A stretch of 37,802 nt of DNA from Candidatus Hydrogenedentota bacterium (GTDB taxonomy: Bacteria > Hydrogenedentota > Hydrogenedentia > Hydrogenedentales > SLHB01), in contig DAOSJS010000002.1 in the NCBI GenBank assembly GCA_035367355.1, positions 1-37,802 of the forward strand. Direction: 5' to 3'. Below the pieces are notes generated by a model, which saw nothing but the letters and a program-made list of their open reading frames with translations, did no database searches and was not told the origin of the DNA. Made by a program: the position numbers and the translations under genes. Below are positions 26,424 to 36,247 of this stretch, piece by piece; positions within the stretch are counted from its first letter, which is position 1; each line of letters starts with the position of its first letter.

Positions 26424-27812
26424 ATGAACCTGGTTACGCATGATCTGATTGTTATCGGGGCGGGCCCGGGCGGCTATGTCGCCGCGATCCGCGCCGCTCA
26501 GTTGGGATTGAATGTGGCCTGCGTCGAAAGCGAAGCGGCTCTCGGCGGCACCTGCCTGCGCGTTGGCTGCATTCCCAGCAAGGCATTGCTGGAATCCAGC
26601 GCGCGGTTTGTCGAAGTGCGCGATACGCTCTCGAAACACGGGATACAGGTTACGGGCCTCTCGCTTGACCTGGCCGGGATGATGCGGCGCAAAGAAGATA
26701 TCGTCAAAGGCCTGACCAATGGCGTGGCCGGACTGTTCAAGAAGAATGGCATCACCCGCTACGAAGGACGCGGGTGCATCACCGGCCCGGGACGCATCAC
26801 CGTCGAAGGCAAAGAAGATGTGGCGCTGGCTGCGCAACACATTATCATCGCGACGGGCAGCCGATCAGCGCCCCTGCCGAACGTAGAGGTGGACGGGCTC
26901 TATGTCGGCACCAGCACGGATGCACTGGCGTACGATGTGGTGCCCGGACACCTGGTCGTCATCGGTGCGGGATACATCGGCCTGGAATTAGGGTCGGTCT
27001 GGAACCGCCTGGGCGCCAAGGTGACTGTTCTCGAATATCTCGACCGGATCCTGCCGGGCATGGACTCAGAACTGGCCGCGAAGGCGCAGAAAATCTTCGA
27101 AAAGCAGGGAATGACCTTCCGTCTGGGATGCCGGGTCACGGGCGCGCGAAAGAAGGGCAAAGGCGCGGTTGTCGACATCGACGGAGCGGATCCTGTGGCC
27201 TGCGACCGCGTGCTGCTCAGTGTGGGGCGTGTTCCCAATACCGAAGAGCTGGGTCTGGAGACGATGGGGATTGAAACCGACAGCCGTGGCCGCATCGTGG
27301 TCGACGAACATTTTCGGACCTCCGCCGGAGGGTTCTATGCGATAGGCGATGTAATTCCCGGTCCCATGCTTGCTCACAAAGCGGAAGAAGAAGGCGTGGC
27401 CTGCGTCGAAAACCTGGTGAAAGGCTACGGCGAAGTCAATTACAACGCTATCCCTGGAATCGTGTATACGCACCCGGAGATTGCGTCGGTGGGCAAAACG
27501 GAGGACCAGCTCCAGGAAGAGGGCGTGCCCTACCGGAAGGGCGTGTTCCCCTATCTCGCCAACGGCCGTGCGCGTTGCATCGGCGACACAGAGGGTTTCG
27601 TCAAAATGCTTGCCCATGCCGAAACCGACCGGCTCCTGGGCGTGCACATCCTCGGCACGCAGGCCGGCGACCTGGTCGCCGAAGCCGCCGTGGCCCTGGA
27701 ATTCGATGCGAGCAGCGAAGACCTCGCCCGTTCGACCCACGCGCACCCCACCCTGGCCGAGATCATGAAAGAGGCGGCGCTGGCCGTCGACGGGCGCGCT
27801 ATTCACATCTGA
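26424..27812 (+). CDS. lpdA: dihydrolipoyl dehydrogenase (E3)
   Basis: ATG 26424 follows GGAAGGAGA. FAD motif IGAGPGGY, redox disulfide GGTCLRVGCIPSK, C-terminal HAHPTLAE. Confidence 0.95.
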   Translation: MNLVTHDLIVIGAGPGGYVAAIRAAQLGLNVACVESEAALGGTCLRVGCIPSKALLESSARFVEVRDTLSKHGIQVTGLSLDLAGMMRRKEDIVKGLTNGVAGLFKKNGITRYEGRGCITGPGRITVEGKEDVALAAQHIIIATGSRSAPLPNVEVDGLYVGTSTDALAYDVVPGHLVVIGAGYIGLELGSVWNRLGAKVTVLEYLDRILPGMDSELAAKAQKIFEKQGMTFRLGCRVTGARKKGKGAVVDIDGADPVACDRVLLSVGRVPNTEELGLETMGIETDSRGRIVVDEHFRTSAGGFYAIGDVIPGPMLAHKAEEEGVACVENLVKGYGEVNYNAIPGIVYTHPEIASVGKTEDQLQEEGVPYRKGVFPYLANGRARCIGDTEGFVKMLAHAETDRLLGVHILGTQAGDLVAEAAVALEFDASSEDLARSTHAHPTLAEIMKEAALAVDGRAIHI

Positions 27813-27861
27813 CGCTTTGAGGCGGCGGCGCCGTGCCCTCCTGACGCCGGGTGAACATTCG

Positions 27862-29469
27862 TCAGTGGCGTACGCGGAGGAGCAGATCGAGCAATACGGG
27901 CCGGGTGGGCTCGCCCGCTGCCACGCCCAGGGCAAAGACGTTGTCGCCCTGTTTGACCAGCGCGGGCTCGACGGGAAACTCGAGCCACGGGCCGTCCTGC
28001 GTTTCCGCCGTCAACGGGGCGCCGTTGAGCGTCACGGCGATCACTTTGGCCGCCGGGGCTTCCTTGAACCGCAAGCGCAGCGTCACGGTCACGGGTGCAT
28101 GAGCCGTAACATCTTCCCCCACCGGCAGGGTGATTGAAACAGGGGCGACGGCGGCCAGAGTACGCGGGTAGTCAGGGTTGAGGATGTCGCGGTTCATGTA
28201 TTTCTCGCCGCCCTTGTACCAAAAGCTGAGATTGCCGTAGCCCCGGGCGCCCGTGGTGTAAACCTTGTCGAGGGGCGCCAGGACGTCCGGGTCGCCCAGT
28301 TCGCGCCAGTGCGGTGCGTTGGGGTTGAAGAAATTGAACATGTAGATGCCATCCGCACCCGCGTGCCAGGCGTTCATGGCGCGCGCCCGGTAGGCTTCGA
28401 GGTTCGCCCGCTCTGACCGGGCATCCTTGTCGCGCAACCGGGTCTCGCTCAGCGAGGGATAGACCGGGACGTTGTATTTGTGGGCGAGCTCGACGCTGGT
28501 TTTCCAGGGATTGAGCCGGAAATAGCAGCTCAAGGTGAGGATATCGATCAAATCATCCCGCATCCATCGCTCCAGATCGAAACCCATGTCGCGGCACATC
28601 TCCAGGGAATCCGGCACGCGCACCGAGATGAGAATCGGCCGTCCACGTTTCGCGCCGGTCTCGTCGGCCATCACGCGGACGCGCCGCATCAGGTCCGACA
28701 TCATATCCAGCTCGGCCTGGCCGCAGGGCCGCCCTTCGGCATGTGCGCGGAAATACGCCAGATGGCGGAAAAAGTCCATCTGTATGCCGTCGATGTCGTA
28801 GTTGGCGCAGACTTCCTCGAAAAATTTGAACGCCAGATCGCGGATCTCCGGCTGGCCGTAATCCACGGCGGTCCAGGGTCCGTTCACAGGCCGTTTTTCC
28901 GCCGTGCCCATCAGCCATTCGGGGTGGTCTTTCTTGAGTTGAGGGAACATGATCGGCGAGTACCAGTCGCCCCAGCCGTCGTGGCAATCGTTCATGCGCA
29001 TGGACCAGAACACTTCGATCCCGTTCTGGCGGCAGAAATTGACCATGATCTCGAGCGGATCCGTGCCCTGTTCCAGAAATGCCTTCGTCTGGTTCCAGCT
29101 GAAGCCTTTTTCGCCGTTCGGCGCGGGCTCGGTGCTGGTGAAGATCTCGCCCACCTTTGTATTGTGCGTGAACAGGCCGAATCCGGAACTCCAGGTGCAA
29201 TAGACCACCGTGTCCACCTGCGTGCCCACCACGGCGCGCGTGCGCTTGTCGATCAGCTCGTCCGCATCGGCCGATTGAAGGTAGTAGACCGGTTCGTTGC
29301 CGTCGTTGTCGTAGATGATCCGCCGGGTCCTGTGGGCCGCCTCGTGCCGCAACGCCCGGATCTGGTCGAGGGAGAGCGGGGCTTCGTCCACATCCGCAAA
29401 AGCGCCCGCAGCCATCCCCGCAACAACAGCAAGCACCAGCCCGGCAACTCTTCCGCGCCATGTATTCAT
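27862..29469 (-). CDS. secreted glycoside-hydrolase-like TIM-barrel protein (GHL10/DUF187-like), function unknown
   Basis: ORF trimmed to ATG 29469 (GGAAGGAG SD). Signal peptide MNTWRGRVAGLVLAVVAGMAAGAFA. Motifs DHPEWL, YGQPEIRDL and YDIDGIQMDFFRH resemble the GHL10-type barrel (recalled, not searched). C-terminal ~100-aa beta-sandwich-like tail. Confidence 0.7.
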   Translation of the reverse strand: MNTWRGRVAGLVLAVVAGMAAGAFADVDEAPLSLDQIRALRHEAAHRTRRIIYDNDGNEPVYYLQSADADELIDKRTRAVVGTQVDTVVYCTWSSGFGLFTHNTKVGEIFTSTEPAPNGEKGFSWNQTKAFLEQGTDPLEIMVNFCRQNGIEVFWSMRMNDCHDGWGDWYSPIMFPQLKKDHPEWLMGTAEKRPVNGPWTAVDYGQPEIRDLAFKFFEEVCANYDIDGIQMDFFRHLAYFRAHAEGRPCGQAELDMMSDLMRRVRVMADETGAKRGRPILISVRVPDSLEMCRDMGFDLERWMRDDLIDILTLSCYFRLNPWKTSVELAHKYNVPVYPSLSETRLRDKDARSERANLEAYRARAMNAWHAGADGIYMFNFFNPNAPHWRELGDPDVLAPLDKVYTTGARGYGNLSFWYKGGEKYMNRDILNPDYPRTLAAVAPVSITLPVGEDVTAHAPVTVTLRLRFKEAPAAKVIAVTLNGAPLTAETQDGPWLEFPVEPALVKQGDNVFALGVAAGEPTRPVLLDLLLRVRH

Positions 29470-29488
29470 ATCGCCTGCTCCTTCCGCG

Positions 29489-31687
29489 TCAGGGTGCGCC
29501 CAGAATCGTGAAAGACTCCTCCAGCCAGCCGTCGCCGTCCTGCGCCCGCACCAACAAGCTGTGTTCGCCAGGCGGGACGATCTTGTCCGACTCATAGCCC
29601 TCCGATCCCAGGACGTACGGCAGGCCTTCGCAGCGGTGGACCAGCTCGCCGTCCAGGTAAAACTCAACCGGGCCCGGCGCAACCCCATCGACCCAGGCAC
29701 GGATGCGATGCCAGGCCGCATAACCGTCGATCTGCTGAATCGGGGTGATGTAGATGCCTTTGCTCCGCTGGGGCTGCATCTGCGCATCCTCGTCCCACCA
29801 GCGCGCCACGTCGGAGCTGCTGGTCAGCAGGCGCATGGTGCGCCGGTCGTACACGTTCGAGATCACGCGCGAATCCGCCTGATACACATAGATGCCCGGT
29901 GCGCCTTCGCGGTAGAGCTCGTGTACGCGCCACAGAAAGGGTCCCGGCATCGGCTGGCCCCAGCCCAGGCCGTCCAGAGCCGGCAGCACCAGGCACGGGG
30001 TGCCTTTCGCGGCCTGGTAATACGGCGCCATATCCACGTGCAGGTGGCGTCCCTGGATGTTGCTGGGGCACAGATAGTCCACCCAGCCCTCGCGCGCCCA
30101 GGTCGCGTAATCGAACAACTCGCTGTTGCTCACTCCGTGTGCGGGAAAGCGTACCAGGAGCGGAATCCGGTCGCCCGGCTGGGCGAACTCATCGGCCAGC
30201 GCCCTGAGTTCCTGCAGAAACGCGTTGCACGTGCCGGGTGCGTCCACGCCTCCCGGGTAGCGGCAGAAATCGAGCGAGAGCCCCCGCGCGCCGATGGTGA
30301 GCGCTTCACGGTACTGGCTCAGAATGAACGCCCGCACCTCGGGGATCTCGTAGCGCAGGGCTGAGCCGCGCAACCATTCGGGATGCGCCTCCGCAAAACT
30401 GCCCTGCAACGGGCTGCCCGGATAGCAGTTGGTCGCACCGAAATTCGCGTGCAGTGAAAAACCGAGGTCGCGGGCGGCACGTAACGAGGCCTCCAGGGTG
30501 TTGGTGAACTGCTGCATCCGGCCGACATTGTCGGTCAGCGGCCGCTGCACGGCGCCGATGGGGTCGCCCATGGTCGTATACAACAGCTGATCGCCTGCGC
30601 GCGTCTCGTAGACGGCCTTCATGCCGAACCGGCTGATCTGCATGTCGACGATGGGCACTCGTGCCTCGGCATAGGCCACCAGGTAGGCCCGGTGCCACGC
30701 ATTGTCCGACACCGAATCGCTGAACGCATAGGAATAAGGTTCCCAGTACCCCGCGACGAGCTTGTCGGTTTCTCCGCTGAATTGCCCGTCCAGACGTTCG
30801 CGCAATTCAGGCGAAAGCGGCACGAACTTCACGTAATCGATGCTGGAATTTATCGGGCCCGTATAGTCATGCAGCTGTTCAAGCACCAGATGCTGGAAAT
30901 CCAGATCGCGCCATTGCCACAACACTTCGTGGAACACCGGGGTCGACGACAGCCGCTGGGTGCGCTCTTCGCCCGTGAACCGCAATGCAATCCCGCCCAG
31001 GGATGCCGCCGTGCGCACAAACACGGCATACGGACCGCGCAAATCAAGGGGATAGGACAACAGCGGCAGCCGGTCGTCGCCCTGTCTTTCGCCAAACAGG
31101 ACGTTGCCCCGGGAGAGGCCCTGTTCTGGCGCTGCGCCGCTGCGCCACTCCCATTGCGGCCTGGTATTCTCCGATTCGTCTTTGGTCTCTGACCTCAGGG
31201 CGTACTGCTGAAAGACGCCGGACCAGTCTTCGATGTACACCACATCGGTGTTGTCGGCTTGAAGCGGCGTGATGTAGGTGGCCAGCGCCTCCCCGTCCGG
31301 CGTGCTGAGGGTGATCCGGAACCGGACGTCGACGCGCCCGTCTATCTGGGCCTCCGGGTACGGGTCAAAAACTACAGTACGGGCCAGGCCCGCGGCACGC
31401 TGTTCCGTCACTTCACCCCGGAGCCACGGTTTGTATTGTTCCGGGCGCGCGAGGTGCATCGCCGTTTCCGACATCAGCGGCAGCACTCGCGCCGGAAGCC
31501 AGTCCTCGCTGTCCGCGGGCGCCCAGGCGCACACGGCGATCAGGACGCCGGGCGCCTCCGCCGGCACGGGATACGTCACGTGGAAGTATCGCGTGACAGG
31601 ATCCACGGTAACCTGAACGTCTTGCGCTGCACAGACTCCCGCCAGCGCGATGCCCAGCAAACCCAGGGCCCAACCCGTACATCTCAT
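29489..31687 (-). CDS. secreted protein with N-terminal unknown domain and GHL-like barrel, distant paralogue of the downstream gene
   Basis: GGAGGA SD. Signal peptide MRCTGWALGLLGIALAGVCAA. The C-terminal half shares AHPEWL, YEIPEVRAF, GLSLDFCRYP and GAPGIYVYQ with the neighbour's DHPEWL, YGQPEIRDL, GIQMDFFRH and GADGIYMFN. Confidence 0.7.
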   Translation of the reverse strand: MRCTGWALGLLGIALAGVCAAQDVQVTVDPVTRYFHVTYPVPAEAPGVLIAVCAWAPADSEDWLPARVLPLMSETAMHLARPEQYKPWLRGEVTEQRAAGLARTVVFDPYPEAQIDGRVDVRFRITLSTPDGEALATYITPLQADNTDVVYIEDWSGVFQQYALRSETKDESENTRPQWEWRSGAAPEQGLSRGNVLFGERQGDDRLPLLSYPLDLRGPYAVFVRTAASLGGIALRFTGEERTQRLSSTPVFHEVLWQWRDLDFQHLVLEQLHDYTGPINSSIDYVKFVPLSPELRERLDGQFSGETDKLVAGYWEPYSYAFSDSVSDNAWHRAYLVAYAEARVPIVDMQISRFGMKAVYETRAGDQLLYTTMGDPIGAVQRPLTDNVGRMQQFTNTLEASLRAARDLGFSLHANFGATNCYPGSPLQGSFAEAHPEWLRGSALRYEIPEVRAFILSQYREALTIGARGLSLDFCRYPGGVDAPGTCNAFLQELRALADEFAQPGDRIPLLVRFPAHGVSNSELFDYATWAREGWVDYLCPSNIQGRHLHVDMAPYYQAAKGTPCLVLPALDGLGWGQPMPGPFLWRVHELYREGAPGIYVYQADSRVISNVYDRRTMRLLTSSSDVARWWDEDAQMQPQRSKGIYITPIQQIDGYAAWHRIRAWVDGVAPGPVEFYLDGELVHRCEGLPYVLGSEGYESDKIVPPGEHSLLVRAQDGDGWLEESFTILGAP

Positions 31688-31721
31688 TCCCGAATCCTCC
31701 GTTGTTCTGCGCCGTGTCTGG

Positions 31722-33848
31722 TCATTCTTCCGGCTCGATCACATAGCTGCGCGCATCAAAGTCGACGGTGACCGTGGTGCCGTCCGCGTAGGTCGCGCGC
31801 TGTTTTCGGACGGAGCCGTCGAGCAGTTCGTGATCGATCATCTCCTGGAACGCAAGCCGTTGCGCCAGCGCGGCCGCCGCGCGCACGAGCACGATCTGGT
31901 CCGGGCTCGCTCCCGGCCCGACGTAGGGCAGTCCGGCATTGAGCAGGCAGTGCAGCCATCCCGCGTCGGCCCTCGGCACGCCCCAGCCGCCTTGGTCGCC
32001 CATCTCCCAGGGCAGCAGGATCGAATCGTGGTACACCAGGTTGAGCAGCGGCACGGGTATGCCCGTGGCATCGCCTCCGCCGATATGAGGATAGGTCGCA
32101 TACGGGCCGTGATGGACCAGGTCGAGCGAACGCACGAGGTAGTCGGCGGGCTCCTCCGAACTCACGACATAGCCCCGCGCGCGGAGCAGGTCAAAGCAGT
32201 CGCGGCGGTACCGGGCGCAATCGCTGCGCGTAAGCGGATGGGCCGGCAGCGTGCTCTCCTCGAGGGGCACAACCGCAAACACGTCGAGATACGCGCCGCG
32301 CACGTTGATCCCGTGTGCCGCGAATAAATCGTGGTTCCGCCGGACGTAGCCGGGCGCGAAGCGTGGATTCAGCATCGTCTGTGGGCCGCCGCACCACGTC
32401 GACGTCTCTTCGCGCGAACCGTCAAGGCGCACCACGGCAAGGCGGTCGTCAAAGGATACCGCGTTGAAATAGAAGTCTCGGTATTGATCATGCACGGCAA
32501 AAAAGTAGCCGAGTTCCTCACACGTTGAGGCGAACCGGCGCAGGCCGTCCCAACCGCCCTGTTCCTCACCCGCGGGCAATACATCGGGGTGGCCGTTGTC
32601 GTAGCCGTAAAACCCCCAGCCATCGAGGTGGACATAGGCCGTGTCGATACCCGCCGCCTTCAGCGAGCGCAATCCTTCCGCCAGCTGGTCGTACGTCTGC
32701 AGGCTGTGATTGTGCTCGATTCGGTCCTTATGAAACAGCGACGCCTCCGTCACAAAATGATAGAGGGCGCCCAGATGCACCACCGGCCGGCCAATGACCT
32801 CGTCCAGGGCGGGGGTACGTACCCGTTTCTCGGCCAGCGACACGAAATCTCCCTGTTCCTGCACGTAGCGGCGGTATCGCTTCGCCATCTTCACGTAGCT
32901 GCTGTCGTTGTCGAACACGTAGCGGATCGTGCGCAGGTAACGTACCTGCCCCAGGCTGGGATACCAGCGCGGCGCAATGCGCGTCGGGCCGCCCTCGGGG
33001 TGGGCATATTCGCCGCCGGCATCGTCGGAAGTCTCGAGGATCGTCATGACGCCGGCCGTGCCGTCAAGCTGCCCCCACCAGGGCATGTAGAACGACCGCG
33101 AATTGCACAGATCGCCCGCCGAAACGGCCTGCGGCCAGTCTCCCGGCAAAAGCATCCCCTGCATGCGGGGGATCACCGACACGAAACGCGGATCCTGCTT
33201 CGGAATGATCGCTTTCGGCCACCGGATCATGGCCAGGTCGCGTTCGTGTTCGACCGCCGCCAGTTCGAAAACGATCTCCGAGCCGATCAGATTCGCGCAG
33301 AGCCGCAACTCAAACCCCGGCGCATCCGGGAATTCCGTCAGCGTGATCATCATGCCCACGGCGTAGCCCGGCGCAAAGGGTTCGACCGTCCGCTGGGCCG
33401 CGTCCAGGAGGCTGAATTCCGTCCCGCCTTTGCGGATGTCGCTTTTTCCCGACGGTTCGAACCGCCAGACGTGCCCGCCGGCGTCCACCTCCATCGCAAA
33501 ATCGGCTTTCATCAGGCGTAAGACCAGTCCGGGCGTCTCGATCTGCCACCGGTCGTCCAATTCAGCAAACGAACCTTCCGCTTTGGCGGGTTGTTCGGCC
33601 GCATGAGCCCACAGCCACATGCGGACGTCGTCGATGGCCAGATACAGGGCCGTGAATTCGTCTTCGTTCGCTGCGCCCCTGGCCAGCAGGGCCTCAAGTT
33701 CAGCCAGTTTCTCCGCCTTCGCCGCCTGCTGCGCTTCGGGCACCGTGATGGCGCCGAGACGCTCGACGTGGAAGCGAAGCGTGTCCAGGCGCGGGGCAAA
33801 CTCGTCGGCCGCCGCAAGCTGGCACAACATGACAAGAATCGAGATCAT
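31722..33848 (-). CDS. secreted large protein with glycoside-hydrolase-like (alpha/beta)8 core, family unassigned (DUF5696/GH31-like impression)
   Basis: ORF trimmed to ATG 33848 (GGGAGGA SD) with short signal MISILVMLCQLAAA. The segment YVHLDGWGFYGYDNGHPDVLPAGEEQGGWDGLRRF...AVHDQYRDFY resembles uncharacterised GH-like families. The assignment is weak. Confidence 0.65.
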   Translation of the reverse strand: MISILVMLCQLAAADEFAPRLDTLRFHVERLGAITVPEAQQAAKAEKLAELEALLARGAANEDEFTALYLAIDDVRMWLWAHAAEQPAKAEGSFAELDDRWQIETPGLVLRLMKADFAMEVDAGGHVWRFEPSGKSDIRKGGTEFSLLDAAQRTVEPFAPGYAVGMMITLTEFPDAPGFELRLCANLIGSEIVFELAAVEHERDLAMIRWPKAIIPKQDPRFVSVIPRMQGMLLPGDWPQAVSAGDLCNSRSFYMPWWGQLDGTAGVMTILETSDDAGGEYAHPEGGPTRIAPRWYPSLGQVRYLRTIRYVFDNDSSYVKMAKRYRRYVQEQGDFVSLAEKRVRTPALDEVIGRPVVHLGALYHFVTEASLFHKDRIEHNHSLQTYDQLAEGLRSLKAAGIDTAYVHLDGWGFYGYDNGHPDVLPAGEEQGGWDGLRRFASTCEELGYFFAVHDQYRDFYFNAVSFDDRLAVVRLDGSREETSTWCGGPQTMLNPRFAPGYVRRNHDLFAAHGINVRGAYLDVFAVVPLEESTLPAHPLTRSDCARYRRDCFDLLRARGYVVSSEEPADYLVRSLDLVHHGPYATYPHIGGGDATGIPVPLLNLVYHDSILLPWEMGDQGGWGVPRADAGWLHCLLNAGLPYVGPGASPDQIVLVRAAAALAQRLAFQEMIDHELLDGSVRKQRATYADGTTVTVDFDARSYVIEPEE

Positions 33849-33993
33849 CGTAAGTCCTCCCGGTGATAGAAATCCGCGGACCGCCATGCCCAGTGGCCGT
33901 ATCGCTGCATCATGGCGCATATGCCGCCGCAAATTCTACCCAGACGCGCGCAGCGCTCAATAGAGGACGGCGTCCTTTCTCCGGGCGGCGTGT

Positions 33994-34023
33994 TTGGGAC
34001 ACTGCGCTCTCCTTTTGTATACT
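33994..34023 (+). promoter_or_regulatory. candidate sigma70-type promoter for pepF
   Basis: TTGGGA (33994-33999), 18-nt spacer, TATACT (34018-34023), about 45 nt upstream of ATG 34068. An 8-nt direct repeat ACTGCGCT occurs at 34001 and 34021. Confidence 0.4.
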
Positions 34024-34067
34024 GCGCTGCAGTTTGAAGCGCATCACGACATAACAGGGAAGATGGC

Positions 34068-35879
34068 ATGGCGGGAACAAAGACGAAATCGATACCACCG
34101 AGAAGCGCGGTGAAGAAAGAAGACACCTGGGACTTGACGCCCCTTTACCGGAGCGATGCCGCCTGGGAGCGGGCATTCAAGAAGTTCGAACGCATGACGG
34201 ACGGTTTCGCCGTATTTCGCGGCCGGCTCCACCGCTCCGCCAAGGCCATTCGTGCCTGTTTCGATTTTCAGACCGAATTCGAGAAGCTTGCCGAGCGCCT
34301 GGGTTCCTACGCGTTTCTGAAATCGGCCGAAGACGTCGCCAACAACACGTACCAGGCGATGATAGCACGCTTCACTCACATGGCCACCTTCGCGAACGAG
34401 GCCGCGAGCTTCATCGCACCCGAGATTCAGGCCATTCCCGTCGATCGCATGCGGCGGTTCCAGAAATCCAAGGATCTCGAGCCCTACCGCTTCCAGTTGA
34501 AAAAGCTCCTGCGCTACCGCCCCCACATCCTCTCGCACCCCGAAGAACGCCTTCTGGCCCTGCAGGGCGAGGTCGCCGGGACCGCGGGGCGCATTTTCGG
34601 CCAGCTCAACGATGCCGACCTCAAATTCGGGTTCATAACAGACGAAAAGGGAGTCAAAGTTGAGCTCACCCAGAGCTCGTTCCGCACCCTGCTTGAATCC
34701 CCCAAACGCGCAGTGCGCAAACAGGCCTACGAGCAGTTCTACAAAGAGTACGAAGATCACGCCAACACCCTGGCGGCTGCGCTGAGCGGCTCCGTGCTCC
34801 AGGACGTGTACCACGCCCGCGTCCGCAAATTCAGTTCATGCCGTAACGAGGCGCTGTTTTCCGATAACGTGCCCACCTCTGTCTACGACAGCCTGATCCA
34901 GGCGGTGCATGACAATCTGCCGACGGTATACCGCTATCTTGAGCTGCGCCGCAAGGCGCTCCGCGTCAAAAACCTGCATTTTTACGACAATTACGTGCCG
35001 ATCGTTCAGAGCAAAGCGTGGAAACAGACATTCGACGAAGCCGTGGGCATGGTGATGGACGCGCTGGCGCCCCTCGGCGCCGCTTACTGCGGGCCGCTGG
35101 AGAAAGGCCTGCGCTCAGGGCGCTGGGTGGATCGCTATGAAAATCGCGGCAAACGCAGCGGCGCATTTTCCGCCGGCGGCTACGCGGGGCCCCCCTACAT
35201 CCTCATGAACTACCAGGCAGACGTGCTCGACAGCGTTTTCACGCTGGCGCACGAGGCCGGCCACTCCATGCACACCTATTTCAGCGCCCGTACGCAGCCG
35301 TTTCAGGATTACGACTACACCATCTTCGTCGCCGAGGTGGCGTCGACTTTTAACGAACAACTGCTCAGCGCGCACCTTCTGGCGCAGGCGAGCGACAAAA
35401 AAGCCCGCGCCTTCCTGATCAACCGCGAGATCGATGAAATCCGGGGCACCCTGGTCCGCCAGACCATGTTTGCGGAATTTGAAAAGATCATTCACGCCAT
35501 CGCCGAGGCCGGCGAACCCCTCACGCTTGACTGCCTCCGGAAGGAATACCGGGCTCTGCTCGAACTCTATTTCGGCCCCGATTTCGAGCTGGACGAGTCC
35601 TTGTCGCTGGAAAGCCTTCGGATTCCGCATTTTTACAGCGCGTTTTACGTCTACAAATATGCCACGGGCATTGCTGCCGCGATCACCCTGGCCAGACGGG
35701 TTGCCGGAGGCGGTACCAGAGAACGCGAGCGTTATCTGAATTTTCTGCGAGCCGGCGGGTCCAAATTCCCGCTCGACCTCCTGCGCGACGCCGGGGTCGA
35801 TCTCACCAGCCCTGCGCCAGTCGCTACGGCCATGGAACGCTTCAAAACCCTGGTGGCGGAGCTGGAAGAACTCGTCTAG
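34068..35879 (+). CDS. pepF: oligoendopeptidase F (M3B metallopeptidase)
   Basis: 603 aa. Zinc motif HEAGHSMH (HExxH) with the downstream FVAEVAST Glu region, and family-typical length and sequence (KEDTWDLTPLY at the N-terminus). Confidence 0.93.
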   Translation: MAGTKTKSIPPRSAVKKEDTWDLTPLYRSDAAWERAFKKFERMTDGFAVFRGRLHRSAKAIRACFDFQTEFEKLAERLGSYAFLKSAEDVANNTYQAMIARFTHMATFANEAASFIAPEIQAIPVDRMRRFQKSKDLEPYRFQLKKLLRYRPHILSHPEERLLALQGEVAGTAGRIFGQLNDADLKFGFITDEKGVKVELTQSSFRTLLESPKRAVRKQAYEQFYKEYEDHANTLAAALSGSVLQDVYHARVRKFSSCRNEALFSDNVPTSVYDSLIQAVHDNLPTVYRYLELRRKALRVKNLHFYDNYVPIVQSKAWKQTFDEAVGMVMDALAPLGAAYCGPLEKGLRSGRWVDRYENRGKRSGAFSAGGYAGPPYILMNYQADVLDSVFTLAHEAGHSMHTYFSARTQPFQDYDYTIFVAEVASTFNEQLLSAHLLAQASDKKARAFLINREIDEIRGTLVRQTMFAEFEKIIHAIAEAGEPLTLDCLRKEYRALLELYFGPDFELDESLSLESLRIPHFYSAFYVYKYATGIAAAITLARRVAGGGTRERERYLNFLRAGGSKFPLDLLRDAGVDLTSPAPVATAMERFKTLVAELEELV

Positions 35880-35976
35880 CGAAGGGTGGTTCACCGCAGC
35901 GAAGCTGGAGGATTTCGCGGGCAGTGCCGAGGATCATTCCTCGCGCGTAAAATGGCCGCGATCGTGGAAAAAGAAG

Positions 35977-36068
<92 letters not shown>

Positions 36069-36140
36069 GCAGGGCTGTGTTGAAACGATTGAACTTGTTG
36101 TGAGCCGCCATTCTAGCAAAAATCCCTGAGCGCCTTCTAC

Positions 36141-36170
36141 TTGAAAAACTCCCCTGAAAATCCGGATAAT
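36141..36170 (+). promoter_or_regulatory. candidate sigma70-type promoter for ileS
   Basis: TTGAAA (36141-36146), 18-nt spacer, GATAAT (36165-36170), about 75 nt upstream of ATG 36248. Confidence 0.4.
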
Positions 36171-36247
36171 CACGGGATTACCGCCTTGAGGCGCCTGCCA
36201 GCGCAATTCTATAGACCCGAACACGCGACGCAAGGATAGTTTTTGTT

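Noticed and set aside
28480-30364. 343-aa and 349-aa plus-strand ORFs inside the GH-like operon
   Set aside because: They are antisense to CDSs that have signal peptides, SDs and paralogous motif structure. The products are Arg/His/Ala/Gly-rich shadow translations.
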